Of a DNA stretch of 64,000 nt, positions 39,546 through 52,659 are shown in pieces. The position numbers and the translations under genes are program-made. Every line of letters starts with the position of its first letter. Within the stretch, counting starts at the first letter, position 1. Below the pieces are notes generated by a model. That model did no database searches and was not told the DNA's origin. It saw nothing but the letters and a program-made list of their open reading frames with translations. Origin of the DNA: Sphyrna mokarran (taxonomy: Eukaryota); contig JAGIQG010000027.1 in NCBI GenBank assembly GCA_024679065.1, positions 31,930,001 to 31,994,000 on the forward strand. The letters run 5' to 3'.

Positions 39546-40212
39546 AATCATAGAATAATAGAACCCTACAGTGCAGAAGGAGGCCATTCCGCCCATCGAG
39601 TCTGCACTGACCACAATCTCACCCAGGCCCAATCCATGTAACCCCACATATTTACCCTGCTAATCTAATCCTCTGTACCAGGGTCAATTTTGTATGGCCA
39701 ATCAATTTAACCTGCACACCTTTGGACTGTGGGAGGAAACCGAGCACCCTGTGGAAATGCACGCAGATATGAGGAGAATGTACAAACTCCACACAGTGAC
39801 CCGAGGCCAGAATTTAACCCAAGCCCCTTGTGCTGTGAGGCAGCAGTACTGACCACTGTACCATCATGCTGCCTGCAATAGTATTCCTGTAGTGCAGAAG
39901 GAGGCCATTTGGCCCATTGAGTCTATACTGACTCTCCAAAAGAGTACCTTACTCGGGCCCTATAACCCCATGTATTCACCCTATGAATATCCCTAGCCTG
40001 CACACCTTTGGACATTAAGGATTAATTTAAAAAGACCACTGCCTCTAACTGCACATCTTTGTGACTGTGGGAGGAAATAGGAGCACCTGGAGGAAACCCT
40101 CACAGATACGGGGAGAATGTGCAGACCCTACACAAACAGTCACCCAACACTGGAATGGAACCTGGGCTTCTCGCGCTGTGAGGCAGTAATGCTAACCATT
40201 GTGCCATTGTTC
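39546..40212 (-). mobile_element. Two tandem HE1 type A copies (about 39546-39875 and 39885-40212)
   Basis: Two AGTGCAGAAGGAGGCCATT...GTGAGGCAG units. Confidence 0.85.
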
Positions 40213-40709
40213 CACCTGATTTTTCATTCAGATCCATTCTGTGGAGAATTCGGACACCATTTTGCCGGAAGCATCGCTGGTGCTTTATGGCAATTGTATT
40301 TACCGTGACATCAGCCTACTGTGGACCCAATTTTTCCTTATAGTTTGGTATCATGATGATTTTGCAATTGAAGACAGATGTTAAATTAATTTGCAGTTTT
40401 CTCAAATCCTCGTTTGTAAATGGGACAATAGTTTTCTGCTTCTATTTAATATTAGAAGAAGCACTCAAGTAGTTAAATGGGACCCTGTAACTGTAACAGG
40501 GTTAAGTCCTTTAAACTTTTAAGAACATTTTCACTTAACATTTCACACTGTGTCTCCCTTCATCCAGTGGTTCCTGGGGGCTCCTGAAGTCTAGCCACCT
40601 CAATCAAATTTACTTGGGGGCAGGTTCTCAATGAGATGACAATGATGTTAAGTGACTCATTAACAGACATGGGTCTGCTTTCTGCCTGCATGTTAATATC
40701 TTATTAATG

Positions 40710-41215
40710 AAAGGATATTATTAAACTAGAAAGAGCAGAGAGAAGATTTATTAGAATGATACCAGGACTTGATGGTTTGATTTATAAGGAGAGGCTGGAT
40801 AGACTGAGGCATTTTTCTCTGGACAGTAGGAGGCTGAGGGGTGATCTTTATCTATAAAATAATGAGGGACTTCGATCAGCGAGGTAGTCAACATCTTTTC
40901 CCAAAGATAAGGTGTCTAAATCTAGAGGATGTGGGTTTAAGTTGAGAGAGGGGAGAGATACAAAAGGATCCAGAGGAGCAATTTTTTCACACAGGTGGTG
41001 GTGAACGTCTGAATGAGATGCCAGCGGCAATTGCAGACGAGGGTACAATTTTATGTTTTAAAAAGCATTTAGACAGATACATGGGTAAGATAGATATAGA
41101 GAGATATGGGCCAAATAAGGGCAATTGGGACTAGCTCAGTGGTTTAAAAAAAAACCCACTGGCATGAAAAGGTTGGACTGAAGGGCCTATTTCCATGCTG
41201 TAAATCTCTATGACA
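40710..41215 (+). mobile_element. CR1 3' fragment
   Basis: Close similarity to 21538-21903. Confidence 0.85.
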
Positions 41216-41349
41216 TTAAATGACCCTGTGCATAAATGGAGGTGTGATTTCCAGCAGTTCTATTCAGCAGTAACTTTTTTCTCTGCCATCCCAATTCTGG
41301 ACTGCAAAACACACCCTCATTACACAGGAATTTTAGCTCGAATCTCTGG

Positions 41350-41575
41350 AGGGGAGACAATAGCATAAGTGGGATTCCACTGGACTAGTAATCTCGAGAG
41401 TCGGGGTTCACTAATGCCCTTTAGGGAAGAAAATCTGCCATCCTTATCTGGCCTGGTCTACATGTAACTCCAGTGTCACAGCAAGCTGGTTGACTTTTAG
41501 AAGTTCTCACTGATGGGCAATAAGTACTGGCATAGCCAGCAACACCCACATTGCAAGAACGAATACATTTTTAAA
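41350..41575 (+). mobile_element. SINE family C with internal deletion
   Basis: GGTTCACTAATGCCCTTTAGGGAAGAAAATCTGCC core and tail. Confidence 0.75.
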
Positions 41576-42566
41576 AATTACTAGTCCAGTAACATAACCA
41601 ACATCCCAGCAAAAGTATCAATCTTGGCCATTCTGAGTTTGCACCTTGCAAATAATTATACAAAATAGGTTATAAGATATAATTGAGCAGCGGCAATCCA
41701 GACTGATTGTAAGTTAGTATTAAGCCAAAAGAAAAACAATTTGCATTTGATTATAAAGATCGATCCTGTTCTAGTTTGTTGCTGAAAAGTAACGGGGCCA
41801 GAGGATGCTGCTCAGAATGTCTTCTAACATTTCACTTATTTTGTTCGCATTTTATTCTTGTGCCTAGCTGAGTCTTTGGATATCTTCAACACAAAACTCA
41901 CTGTGACCCCCTTGTTGAGTATAACTCCTGCACAAATGGAATGAGCGACTACACATCTTTTTAAAACAAAGATGTGTAGACCTGATGCAAAGACACGGCA
42001 AGATCACAAAAAAATCTCAGAACCCTCAACAATAGAGAAACTGAAAATAGAAACTGAACTTAGCAAGAGCAGGTGGGTGGGTTGAAAGAAAATAAGTAAA
42101 CTATGCCACCATTTTGACACTGATGGATAACTTGGTGGCATTCATTCGGTTTCTACTGGGTCAGAATGATATCAATGGTCCAGATAGGAAAGGGGCCTTC
42201 TCATGGGGTTACATTGTTATATTGAGGAGCTAGGTCAAATGGAAGAAAATCTGCACTAGTTTATGATATTATTCTCAATTCATTCATGCTATCCTTCTCA
42301 ATGGGGAGTTTGTTGCATGGATGGGATGTCTGAATCATGTAAGTTTCCAGAGAAGGGCTGTAGCTTGAACCATTTCTCTTAATTGCTTCTCTGTAAATGA
42401 TCTAAATGATTAATTTGTATCTTGATCTGTTACTGCTGCGTGATAATCATGTGACCACTGTGCTCCAAATTGACATGCACTCATACAGCATAGAAGGAGG
42501 CTCCTCTTTGAGGAGCACATTAATTAATCTATCCCAAACTGTGCTCATTTCAGAGGGCTTTTTTTT

Positions 42567-43330
42567 AAAAATTCATTTGTGGGACACGGGCTAGCCAGCA
42601 CTTTTTGGCCGTCCCTAGTTGTCCTTGACAAGGTGGCTGTGAGCTGCCTTCTTGAGTCGCTGCAGTCCATGTTCTGTGGGTTAATCCACTACGTTGATAG
42701 GGAGGGAATTCAGGATTTTGACGCAGTGACTGCGAGGGAACGGCAATATATTTCCAAGTCAGGATGGTGAGTGGCTTGGAGGGCTACTTGCAGGTGGTGG
42801 TGTTTCCATATATTTGCTGCCCTTGTCCTTCTAGATGGAAGTAGCCGTGCATTTGGAGGGTGATGTTTAAGGATCTTTGGTGAATTGCTGCAGTGCATCT
42901 TGTAGATAGCACACATTGCTACTGGTGAGCATCTATGGTGGAAGAAGTGGATGTTTGTAGATGTGGTGCCAATCAAGCGGGCTGTTTTGTCCTGGATAGA
43001 GTCAAGTTTCTTGAGTGTTGTTGCAGTTGCATTCATCCAAGCAAGAGGTGTGTATTCCATCACACTCCTGGTTTGTGTCTTGTAGATGGTGGATAGTCTT
43101 TGAGGAGTGAGGAGATGAGTTACTCACTGCAATATTCCTAGCCACTGATCTGCTCTTGTAGTCACTGTGTTTATGTGGCGGGTCCAGTTGTGTTTCTGGT
43201 CAATGGCAACCCCAAGGATGTTGACAGTGGGGGATTCACTGATGGTAACACTAATGTCAAGGAATGATGGTTAGAGAATCTTTTATTGGTGATGGTCATT
43301 GCTTTGCATTTGTATGGCATGAATATTACT
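42567..43330 (-). mobile_element. 3' fragment of a second CR1/Jockey-group LINE, the probable partner of SINE family C
   Basis: ORF 42710-43063 MEYTPLAWMNATATTLKKLDSIQDKTARLI is a post-RT LINE motif; the 3' end equals the family C tail. Shorter pieces at 29340-29510 (+) and 58378-58745 (-). Confidence 0.75.
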
Positions 43331-43334
43331 TGAG

Positions 43335-43930
43335 AGATAAGCACATTGCCATGGCTCTGGAATCACATATAGGCCAGATCAGGTAATCATCATAGAAATC
43401 ATAGAAACCCTACTGCGAGAAAGAGGCCATTTGGCCCATTGTGTCTGTACCGACCACAAACCCACCCAGGCCCTAACCACATATCCCTACATATTAAACC
43501 ACTAATCCCTCTAACCTATGCATCTCAGGACACTAAGGGCAATTTTTTAGTGCAGCCAATCAACCTAACCTGCACATCTTTGGATTGTGAAAGAAACCGG
43601 AGCATCCGGAGGAAACCCTGACAGACATGAGGAGAATGCACAAACTCCAAGCTGGGAATTGAACCCAGGTTCCTGGAGCTGTGAAGCAGCAATGCTAACC
43701 ACTGTGCTACTGTGCTGTCCTTAGGTAAGGATAGACAGATTTCCTTCCCTAATGGACATTCATGAATCTGATGGCTTCTTACCAAAATCAGTGCTGGTTT
43801 CATGGTCATCTTTAGACTTTCAATTTCAAATTTTTACTGAATTCAAATTTCATCATTTGCTGTGGTGGGATTTGAACTCAGGTCGCAGATCTTGCTCTGG
43901 GCCTCTGGGTTACTAGTCCAGTCATGGTAC
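43335..43930 (-). mobile_element. SINE family C interrupted by HE1 type A (about 43387-43720, -)
   Basis: AGGTAA repeated on both sides of the HE1 insert. Confidence 0.8.
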
Positions 43931-43979
43931 CCCTGACTTGTCTGAGTTTGCAAAACCTCACTTACTGTACTGCCTGGAG

Positions 43980-44250
43980 ACAATACACATCTCTTTAACC
44001 TGTGGTCAATGCTCCTTCCACTCACATTGCCAGCATCTGTAAGACTTGAATAGCAGGTTAATTGTAAAGACTTGCATTCCAATCAATAATCTGTAAACTG
44101 TCTGTGCTGTTATATGCTCTGTCTGAGGCCAGAACACACCATTTACCTGACGAAGGGCAAACCCCGAAAACTTGTGAGTTTACTATCAAATAAATTGGTT
44201 GGGCTTAAACCTGGTGTTATCAGACTTCTTACTGTGTTTACTAGTCCAGT
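43980..44250 (+). mobile_element. Penelope-like element 3' terminal fragment with hammerhead-like motif at 44142-44178
   Basis: TCTCTTTAACCTGTG...GTAAAGACTT...AAATAAA...CCTGGTGTT parallels 53020-53250; CTGACGA AGGGCAAACCCC GAAA. Confidence 0.7.
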
Positions 44251-44466
44251 GACAATATTACAACACTGTTGTCACCCCATAGCCCTGAAATGTTTTCTTA
44301 TTGTTGCGAAACCATTCTTTATATCAAAATAAGGTTTTTGGATTTACTGATTGGAAACACCCAATTATTTTTTTAAAAGTCTAATGCCTTATTCCACTGC
44401 TTTGGAATAGTAGTCAAAGATGGCTGCACATTTGCATCATTGTATCTTCTATATTCCTTAGCCAGC

Positions 44467-44850
44467 AAAGAACAAAGAAAAGTACAGCATAGGAATGGGC
44501 CCTTTGGGCCTCCAGGCTTGTGCTAATCATGATGTCTCCTTCAAATAAAACTGTACGCATTTGCAGAGCCCATATCTTTCCATTCCCATCCTATTTATGT
44601 ATTTGTCTAATTGTCCCTTGAATGCCACTATCGTACCTTCTCCCACCATCTCCCCAGACAGTATGTTCTGGACATTCACCATCCCCTGTGTAAAACATTT
44701 TCCTTGAAGCTTTTCCCCACACACCTTAAACCTATGTTCCCTAGTTCTTGACTCTTCTGCCCTGGGAAAGAGCATCTGACTATCCACTCTGTCCATGCCA
44801 CTCATAATCTTGTAAACCTCTATCAGGTCATCCCTCAATCTCCATCTTGG
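44467..44850 (-). mobile_element. CR1 3' fragment
   Basis: ORF 44527-44868: RLRDDLIEVYKIMSGMDRVDSQMLFPR...TREHRFKV. Confidence 0.9.
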
Positions 44851-45992
44851 AGGACAAATAGAAGGCAATCTCCTCTCTTATCAGCAAAGTGCCCAGCCAA
44901 TCACTTGGATACTCAACTGGGTGAAGGCAAACAGTAGACGTAATCAATTGGACACTGGACCCTGATTGAGTAGGAACACCCAGTCATGAAATAAGCATTT
45001 GGAATACACTGGGCACAACCTTACTTGGATCATTGGGCAGTTGGTGAGGGAAGGTCATATGACAAGCCAAACTTTTGACTATTTTATGCACCCATGTACG
45101 TTGCAGGATTAGACTAGCAACTGAGACACTGAAGGAAAGGGATTTTGAGTGGGTCCTTTCTCTCTCTCTCTCATCCAACTTGCAAGTATTTGAACCTTCT
45201 CTGCTGATTTTGACGATCAAAAAGCCACAGCCGGAAACTTTGAAAAGAGCTCAACCCAGTGCTGGTGCTTCCAGAGGAGCAGATAAATCATCTGTTGACA
45301 ACTTTGAACTGCTTTGATGCCAAAAATGGCATCAAAGCAAGACTACCAAATTCAGCCTGAAGTCAGCCAAGTCAACAGCCTTCAAGAGCTATATATCCCT
45401 TTAATTTGGATGAAATCTAAATAATTTAATCTATCTTCCCCACTTTGTAATCTATTTGTGTTTGTATGTATATGAAAGTCAGATCAATTTTAAAAATTAG
45501 TTTATTAGTAGACTGGGTTAATTACAGTGGACAGGCAACAGGGTGGCTCAATGGTTGGTACTGCTGCCTCAAAGCATCAGGGACCTAGGTTTGATTCCCG
45601 GCAAGTATCACTGTCTGTGTGAAATCTGCACATTCTCCCCATGTCTGCATGGATTTCCTCTGGGTGCCCTGGCCTCCTTCAGTTTCTGGTTAAAGCATTG
45701 GCCGTGCTAAATTCTCCCTCAGTGTACCCGAACAGGCGACTAGGGGATTTTCACAGTAACTTCATTGCAGTGTTAATGCAAGCCTATTTATGACATGAAT
45801 AGATACATTTTAAAACTTGCCTCATAATTAAAAAAAATTCATGACTGATCCTGTTTTTTATGGTCACAGCATATGAATGGCTAAACACTCACAGAATTGG
45901 CAAGTATATTCATTTGACATAAATGTCCTGTTGCAGTCCAGTGAGCAGAGGGAAAAGAGGAAAGCATTGATCCCTCCTTACCTGATCATAAT
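44850..45992 (+). mobile_element. Possible solo ERV-type LTR containing a type B V-SINE (45532-45817)
   Basis: LTR-like composition ((CT)n, TG-rich segment, end CCTGATCATAAT). The SINE is clear; the LTR call is tentative. Confidence 0.35.
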
Positions 45993-46527
45993 ACAGAGTA
46001 AGGACTGATCCTTACCCAATATGTTATGTCTCCAAGTTGTGTTTTGAAAGTTATTGTTGCATCTGATTTCACCACTCTTTCAGGAAGTGCATTTCTGATG
46101 AGAACGGTTGCGTTAAAAAAAAAGGCATCTTCCAATCTCACCTAGAATCATAGAATTTTACAGCGCAAAAAGAGGCCATTCAACCCATCATATCCCTGAT
46201 GGTAAACAAGCACCTATCTATTCGAATTCCATTTTCCAGCTTCCCTTTTAAAGGTATTATATCTGGAAAAATGCACCTAATGCAGATTAATAAATTGAAA
46301 TGAATGAAATAGGCAGCAGAGTATGGCAGACAATTAAAAGCAAATTTGCAAATGTTACCTCATTAAAGTTGAGTAGTTTTGTGCAATTATTACAAATGTG
46401 TATACATATCTGGCAAAGTGTAAATGGTCTGATACATTTTAATAGTCATTTGTGTAGGAATTCCATATGTGTGCGTGGTGAGCTAATTTACAGAGATTTC
46501 TGGAAGGTGATTATTTGTTTCAAAACG

Positions 46528-46650
46528 GGTGGGATTCTCCAGTCACACTGGCCTCAAATCCCGCCTGCGTTCAGTGGACCTTTGCATGGTCTGCCCCAGC
46601 CCCCAGCCACTACAATCCCTGTGGCAGGCAGGACGGGAGAATTCCAGCCA
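46528..46650 (+). mobile_element. Short double-hairpin MITE-like element
   Basis: Aligns to 22086-22212 (CTACAATCCCTGTGGCAGGCAGGAC). Confidence 0.6.
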
Positions 46651-47669
46651 ATTTACAAATTGTAAGGCATTTTCCACCCATTCATTTTAGTTGGAACGAG
46701 TAGAAGCTTACAAACTACATGCCCACCCTTCCCCAGTCTGCACATTCTGTCAGCACAAATCCCAGTTCAGTGCACTGGGCCACAGATGGTTAAATATATG
46801 GTTTCAAGATGAAATTACAAGCAAGACCCTCACCTAATGTAAGAGTAATTATACTGAGGGATATAATTGTACTCAAGTTCAATGCATTCAAACAAATGGA
46901 GAAATGGATTAATACCACCAATAAACACTTGCGGCCATAGTGCTTTATTTGGTGCATTTCACAATGTAGGGCTTTGTGATCTTACTGACTGTTCACAACC
47001 AAGCAAATCTCCGTTCACTGCAGTGGGAAGGAAAAATCCTACCCAGACTTCACCTCTTATGCCCCCTGAGCTCCCAACACACTCGTGTGCCCCATTTGTG
47101 CCACTCATAGTCCCTTCCAATCCCTATTGTCCCCCAGCCCAATACCAAGGCATTTCCCTTGAAACAACTCTTATGATCCCTCTGTCCCCAAGCCAATATG
47201 CCTCTGCCCCCACCAGCTAACTTCTAATGCCCTTCAATCCTCCTAAATATGGCACTTCCACACCCATTTGCCTATTATGACCTGTATAGAACTGATTAAC
47301 CCTACAATGACAATTCTACCTCCTCTTCCTTGTAACATGCCCTGAGAGGGCATTGGTGACCATGTACCCTGCCTCTGGCAGTATGACTGACCAGGAAATT
47401 TTCCTACTCTTAACCTGATGAATGGCAGATGGATTTTAATTTAGATAAATGCAAAGTGATGCATTTTGGTAGATCAAACTAGGGCAGGACTTACTCAGTT
47501 AATGGTAGGAGATTGGAGAGAGTTACAGAACAAAGAGATCTCGGGATACAGGTTGTAGTTTCAGCTAGCAAATTGTAGCTAGTAATTGACACTTTGATTA
47601 GGCTGTAGCAAAATGAGTTTTATCTTCAGTATTAATCACCTTACCAATCTTGTTGTCATATGTAAACCT

Positions 47670-48245
47670 GCTTAACATTTCCCCATAATTCCTTCTATAT
47701 CACTTAAGTATATAACAAACACTAAGGGTCCCTGTTCTGATCCTTGTCCACTGGACACTGGCCTCCAAGCATTCAAACAGCCTTCTACCACAACCCTTTT
47801 GTGTCCAATTACTAAACCAGTTTCTGAACCTTCTTGCCAAGTTTCCCTGAATTCCATCTTCTCAATCAGCCTCCCACGTGGGACCTTGTCAAAAGCTTTG
47901 CTAAAATCCATATAAACTACATCTACTGAACTTCCCTCATCCACTCACTTGACCCATTTTTTGAGAAATTCTAACAAATTAGTGAGTAACGACCTCCCTC
48001 TGACAAAGCCATGCCGATTATCCCTAATTAACTCATGCCTTTCCAAAAGGATATTAATTCTCCCCATCAGAATTTTCTCCAATAGTTTCTTTACCACTGA
48101 CATGAGACTCACTGGTCTGTAATTTCCTGGTTTATCTCTATCACTCTTCTTGAAAAGTAGAACCATGTTAACTTCCTCCAGTCCCCCGTGGAAAGAGAGA
48201 AATTAAAATTTTGTGACAGACCCCCTGCAATTTCTTGTCTCACCT
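47670..48245 (-). mobile_element. CR1 reverse transcriptase fragment (frameshifted)
   Basis: ORFs give FKKSDRDKPGNYRPVSL...HGFVRGRSLLTNL and VDVVYMDFSKAFDKVP; an adjoining + strand CR1 piece lies at about 47415-47555. Confidence 0.9.
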
Positions 48246-48700
48246 CATCAATCTAGTCTAATCTCATCAACTATCTAGTGGATTCCTGTGCCAAGACTCA
48301 TTATGTATGCTTGGCTGAAATCCCAGAAATCTATAATCAAACACTTGAGTCCCAGGGAAAACATTGCTTGATTGAATCAAATTAAGTAGATGGTAATTTC
48401 AGAGCAAACAAATGTAAATTAATGAATTTAAATCAAATATTAGAAAAGCTGTTACTGAAAGATCAAACATTATTTGGAAGAGAGGTGTGCGAATGCAATA
48501 GGTTTCAATGGTGGGGGGTAATAAAGGAATGAGGTTCAGTGGGACAATTAAGATGAAAAAGCAATCGACTTCAATGTGGTAATTAGAATATTAGGAAAAT
48601 GCTTCAGTGGGAGAAGTAAGCTCTTTATAGGTTTCAGTGACAGAATGAGATAGCTAGAGGGATGGATTTGATGGGAAATTGGGATATTTGGTATGACCTT

Positions 48701-49030
48701 TCATAGAATCATGGAAATTACAGTGTAGAAGAAGCCAATTTGGCCCATCAAGTCTGCACCGACCACAGTCCCATCTAGGCCCTATCCCCACAACCCCACG
48801 CCTTTACCCTAACTAGTCCCGCTGACACTCAGGGGCAATTTATCATGGCCAATCTACCTAATCCGCACATTTTTGCATATTGTAAGGAAACCGGCGCATC
48901 TGGAGAAAACCCACACAGATATGGGGAGAACGTGCAAACTCTACACAGACAGTGACCCAAGTCGGGAATCAAACCTGGGTCTCTGGCACTGTGAGGCAGC
49001 AGTATTAACCACTGTGCCACTGTGCTGCCC
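48701..49030 (-). mobile_element. HE1 type A, full length
   Basis: Tail, V-domain and head on the minus strand. Confidence 0.9.
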
Positions 49031-49606
49031 TTTTATTGGGAGATTTGCAATTCTGGAAGATTAAGCTTCTTGATCTTTTGTTACATGTAAAATGTGCAGC
49101 TGTTGCAACATTAACTTTTGGACATTAGCAGTAATGTTAGGTGTTGATACTGCTCAAGGATTTTCACAGCGATATTTCCTGTTATGTCCCTTTGTGGGTT
49201 GAACTGTCAGCATAGACTAACTTGTCAGTCTAACATTATCAGACTGATGGCAGAGATAAAGTGTGCATCAGAATCTGAGGCACTCATATTGTTGTAAGTG
49301 CATTGACTTAAGTCTATGTTATTTCCCATCTCTGTTTTTCTCATATGTTGCTACTATTACAGATACATTACAATTGTTATTAAGCAGTGCTGATGTGAGT
49401 TGCATTTTGAATAGTTAGCAAATTATATATGATGATGCTTTGCTCATCACACTTTCTATCCAATATTCTGCTGAAAGAGCAGATTTGTTCTGGGGGAAAC
49501 TAAATTTGAGCCATGTATTTTTCCACCTTTAGGGTGTTACTTGTTGCTTCTTTGGTGCTCAATCAATCCAGTAAGGATTCTAAAGTGAATTTCAGAAACA
49601 TTTAAT

Positions 49607-50075
49607 TGATTTGATTTATTATTGTCACATGTATTAGTATACAGTGAAAAGTATTGTTTCTCGCAGACTATACAGACAAAGCATACCGTTCATAGAGATG
49701 GAAATGAGAGAGTGCAGAATGTAGTGTTACAGTAATAGCTAGGATGTGGAGAAATACACTCATATTGTTGCAAGCGTGTTGACTTAAGTCTGTTATTCCC
49801 CGCCTCTGTTTTTCTCATATGTTGTTTCTATTATGGATACATAACAATTGCTTAATGCAAGATAGGTCCATTTGAAAGTCTGATGGCAACAGGGAAGAAG
49901 CTGTTCTTGAGTTGGTTGGCATGTGATCTCAGACTTGTATATTTTTCCCAATGGAAGAAGGTGGAAGAGAATATGTCCAGGGTGCATGGAGTCCTTAATT
50001 ATGCTGGCTGCTTTGTCGAGGCAGTGAGAAGTGTAGAGAGTCAATGGATAGGAGGCTGGTTTGTGTGATGGTATA
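49607..50075 (-). mobile_element. Rex1/Babar LINE 3' fragment
   Basis: ORF 49793-50080 LYTSHCLDKAASIIKDSMHPGHILFHLLP matches the Rex1 C-terminal 'I..D.SHP.H.LF.LLPSG' motif; short-repeat tail. Confidence 0.8.
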
Positions 50076-50111
50076 ATCATGGTCCACGATCATATTAACT
50101 CGGATAACGAA

Positions 50112-50432
50112 TAGAATAGAATCCCTACAATACTGAGGGAGGCCGTTCAGCCCATCAAGCCTGAACCGACAATAATCCCAGCGAGGTCCTATCCCTGTAA
50201 ACCTATGTATAACTCTGTTATTTCCCCTGACACAAAGGGGCAATTTATTACGATCAATCAACCTAACCTGCACATTTTTGGAGTATGGGAGGAAACTGAA
50301 GCATCTGGAGGAAACCCACACAGACATGGCGAGTATGTACAAACTCCACATGGACAGTCACCCAAGACCAGAATTGAATCCAGGTCCCTGACTCTGTGAG
50401 GCAGCAGTGCTAACCACTGTGCTACCGAACTG
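50112..50432 (-). mobile_element. HE1 type A
   Basis: Full unit on the minus strand; a further 3' fragment lies at about 50858-50985. Confidence 0.9.
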
Positions 50433-52659
50433 CACATAATGCATCATGGGAATCCCAACATCCCACTACTCATTTCCTAAAAATTCCTTCATTCAATGGG
50501 CACAGTCAAAATTTCTCAAGGCGTGTTCTAAATAGTAGAGATGCCATTTCTGAAGCAACACTTAGCTTAAGTTAATCATAGTATAAATCAAACTTGATAC
50601 TGTTATGCTTTGGGACTACCTTTAATTTAGGATAAAATGAAAGGGATCATGCAGCCTGTTCTGAAATCTGCCTAACATTGTGGCTATTAAAGATAAAAGG
50701 GGTGCCTGAGTTATTTTGTGACAAGAAGGTGTAAAGTGTTCACACTTGGAGACAGTGATTTTATAGTATTTGCAGCTGTATTTATGGTGGTTTAGTGTCA
50801 GGAAATAGATCAGAAACTCTAAGATATACTCTGAAGCTAGCCTAGACCCCAGTGATTTCATAGAATCATTGAAACCCTACAGTACAGGAAGTGGCCATTT
50901 GGCCCATCAGGTCTGCACCAACCACTATCCCACCCAAGCCCTATCCCCATATCCCTTCACATTTTGCCCACTATTCCCTCTAACCTATTTGATTTGGAGA
51001 AAAAGACTGTCTCCTGGCAGATTCCTGTCTCCCAATGCAGAGAGAGAAGGAGACAGACAGAGAGCTTTTCCTTCTCTCCACAGCTCCCAGATAGCGACTG
51101 ACTGGGTTTCTCGCTGTGAGTCTAGCCCTGCCCAATCACATGACTTTTCTGGTCAAAATCAGAATCAAGCCCCACTCTGAAAAACCCTGGGGAAGTACCA
51201 AAATAACAACCTTGCATTAGTCCAGATTCAACAAACGTTTCAGCAATTAAGATCAATTATGATGCAGCAGTAACAACATGGGCTGCCAGGTACAGATAAA
51301 GTGAAACCAATAATCATACAATCTGCCAAAACAAATCTTGCACGAGAAACATGACCCAAATACGTTTGGTAAAGGCAAAGTATTAGGCTGTGAGTCTCCA
51401 AAGTCTCAGGAAGGTGTTAAAAATATCAGGTTGTAAGATTTGGGCTTTAAACTGTCCATTTATTTCAGATGTACAAGAGGTTTGGTGTCTCAAGAATACT
51501 TAATCAGCATTTCTATCCACATACAAGGCCCATGTGATTCACATTGCCAAGGAGATGGACTTAGGGAGGGAAAGGATTTCTATGCCATTCCTGGAAGAGC
51601 ACAGACACTGAAGTTCTGCCAGGATGTGGAAGAGAAGAGGCAGTTAGAGGTTGAAAGTCTCAAACATGTAGGAATGCAGGTGGAGGCTCATGTTCAGATT
51701 GAAAACGTTAATAATGTGAGGTTCTAAATTGAGGGTGGAAGATTTGCCTAGCTTGTGATAGAGGAAGAATTACCAGGAAAATCTCTCCTCATGAAAGATA
51801 GCTCTAAGATTTAAAAGTTATACTGGTAATGAAAAAGAATGGAAGTAAGACCTTGGAGGCTATGAATCATTCTGGACTAAGTGTGGGGAAATCGAATGAT
51901 TACTTATGTATTTTCTAAAGTACAAGGGATAAGATTTCTAGTTCTAATTCTAGTTCTAACTATTGTGTTTATTTGTACATGGATGGCAATAACTGGATCC
52001 TCCCCCTCCTACTCTAAACTTTATTTATTTTGTAGCCAACAAAAAAAATATTGTTTAGTCAATAGTGCTGTTAGTCTGTTTTTTACAGTAAAAGTCTGAG
52101 ATGTGAAATCTCATCATGCTATATTTCCAGCTGTCAACTGGAGTTTTGAATTTCTGTGAAGATCATAAGAAAATGAAAATATTGTACATGCAGGAACTGG
52201 AACAAACCATTGAACAAATATAATCCATAATTCAGATTGATCATCTCTACATTTCAATTGTGCCCAGCCTGCTTCTGATTACTTAACATTGTTATACACA
52301 CTAAACAAATTGAATTAGCTGCTAATTTCAATCAAGTGACTCTGAATCAAGAAAAAACTATGTTTTAATTTTGTACCCTTCAGAATCCCTGTCTTAGCTC
52401 TTCTACAATTTCACATTTAACACACCTAACTACTCACACTTTAAAAAAAAATCTAAAATAGAAAACAATTAAAATCAGTTCCAATTCTCTGATTTTTCTC
52501 CTGAAGTCGGCGACTGCCGGAGGCTATTTCGTTATAGGGAAGAATGACCTGATTGAATCGCTCCCTTGTGATCGCTTGTGTAAAGACTGTTATTAAAGTT
52601 TAAAATTAATCTGAAAAGCTTTTTAGACTGTAAAACAGAAATGACAACATTTATGAATG

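Noticed and set aside
47670-48245. Active or domesticated reverse transcriptase
   Set aside because: Frameshifted, truncated CR1 fragment with no intact catalytic region.
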